Assembly: GCF_900199515.1 (NCBI RefSeq)
Contig: NZ_LT963434.1
Span: 783,272-815,271 of the forward strand
Length of the DNA stretch: 32,000 nucleotides
Source of the DNA: Massilicoli timonensis
GTDB lineage: Bacteria; Bacillota_I; Bacilli_A; Erysipelotrichales; Erysipelotrichaceae
Reading direction: 5' to 3'
Under the pieces are notes generated by a model that saw only the letters and a program-made list of their open reading frames with translations, made no database searches and had not been told where the DNA came from. Every line of letters begins with the position of its first letter. The stretch's first letter is position 1. This document shows, piece after piece, positions 31,350 to 32,000 of this stretch. The translations under genes and the position numbers were made by a program.

Positions 31350-32000
31350 CTATTCATAGCGTTTGATCCTATGCTTGACAAAGAACACCGCGATCTTCAT
31401 CAATACATTGACCGCTAAGATCACCACCGAAATAAAGGCGGTTGCCTCGATCAGCGACTGGGAATCAAACTGCGGGATCAAAAGGGAAAGCGGCATCGTC
31501 TTAAAGTTTGCCAGAAAAGAAACCGCCGAGATCGTTACCATCGCATTGACAAAAATATAACTGAACATCTCACAAAGCGTTTCTTTCATACACGGCATGT
31601 AGACATCGCTCAACATCCTCATGCGGGAAATGCCCAGCGTCATCGACACATCTTCTAAATTTTCATTGAAATTGCTGAAAGAATTATAGGCAAGCAGATA
31701 CGGCGAGGCAAAGAAATGCACCAGATTGACCTGCACCAAGATCGCCAGCGTGCCATAGATCACACTGCCCTTGAAAAACAGCACATAGGAAAGACCAAGC
31801 ACGATTCCCGGTATCGCCAACGATAAGATCGAAATCAAATGCAGCGCCATCGTCGTAAAGGTTCGCTTTGAACGAGCGGTGATATAAGCCGCAAAATAAG
31901 TGAGCAGCACACCGATCAAAGCGGAAAACAGGGCGATGGTAAGGGAATTGATCAAATACATGCCTAGCCCCAGATCAAATGCCTTTGCCACATTTACCAG
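31350..32000 (-). CDS. ABC importer permease (binding-protein-dependent, MetI-like fold), C-terminal part, with the 5' end beyond the window
   Basis: The reading frame stays open to position 32000 (LVN precedes the GTG that the track shows as M). EAA-loop-like ENLEDVSMTLGISRMRMLSDVYMPCMKETL lies about 90 aa from the C-terminus, with multiple TM segments. Confidence 0.75.
   Translation of the reverse strand: MVNVAKAFDLGLGMYLINSLTIALFSALIGVLLTYFAAYITARSKRTFTTMALHLISILSLAIPGIVLGLSYVLFFKGSVIYGTLAILVQVNLVHFFASPYLLAYNSFSNFNENLEDVSMTLGISRMRMLSDVYMPCMKETLCEMFSYIFVNAMVTISAVSFLANFKTMPLSLLIPQFDSQSLIEATAFISVVILAVNVLMKIAVFFVKHRIKRYE

Noticed and set aside
1-32000. Scan for tRNA, rRNA, CRISPR arrays, integrase/att sites and riboswitch-like leaders
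   Set aside because: The intergenic space is small and fully accounted for by the promoters, terminators and IS described above. No cloverleaf-like or array-like sequence was seen.

Overview
Nearly the whole window is one minus-strand, roughly 30-kb cell-wall polysaccharide locus. It is the rhamnose-containing type known from streptococcal RGP/GAC, enterococcal Epa and lactococcal cwps, in a low-to-moderate GC Firmicute-like genome. Read in the direction of transcription (right to left): strong terminator and promoter region, LCP ligase, five glycosyltransferases (GT2, GT2, GT4, GT2, RgpB-like GT2), candidate internal promoter, Wzt/Wzm-type ABC exporter, dual-GT2 protein, 644-aa polytopic membrane protein, GacI/GacJ-like GT2 plus small membrane protein, GT4, LicD, Wzx-like flippase. 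Next comes a CDP-alcohol supply block (opine-dehydrogenase-family reductase, wHTH-nucleotidyltransferase, amidohydrolase, wHTH-nucleotidyltransferase-kinase fusion). That is followed by an autonomous two-gene insert (DUF3990-like protein with PARP-like motifs, plus an XRE-HTH partner) with its own promoter and operator. Then come rmlA-rmlC-rmlB-rmlD and a terminator, an AT-rich ISL3-family insertion sequence on the plus strand with an 8-bp target duplication, a MerR-methyltransferase fusion, tagA, and the start of mnaA/wecB at the left edge. The right edge holds a 62-aa ORF and the 3' part of an ABC permease gene. No tRNA, rRNA or CRISPR array was seen. The items most worth follow-up are three. 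First, the DUF3990-like/HTH pair, a candidate toxin-antitoxin or defence module. Second, a 21-bp perfect palindrome filling a 19-bp promoter spacer in front of rmlA, which is MerR-type operator geometry, with a MerR-fusion gene just downstream of the rml operon. Third, the unusual enzyme mix of the phospho-alcohol decoration block. All family assignments rest on motif reading by eye, since no searches could be run.
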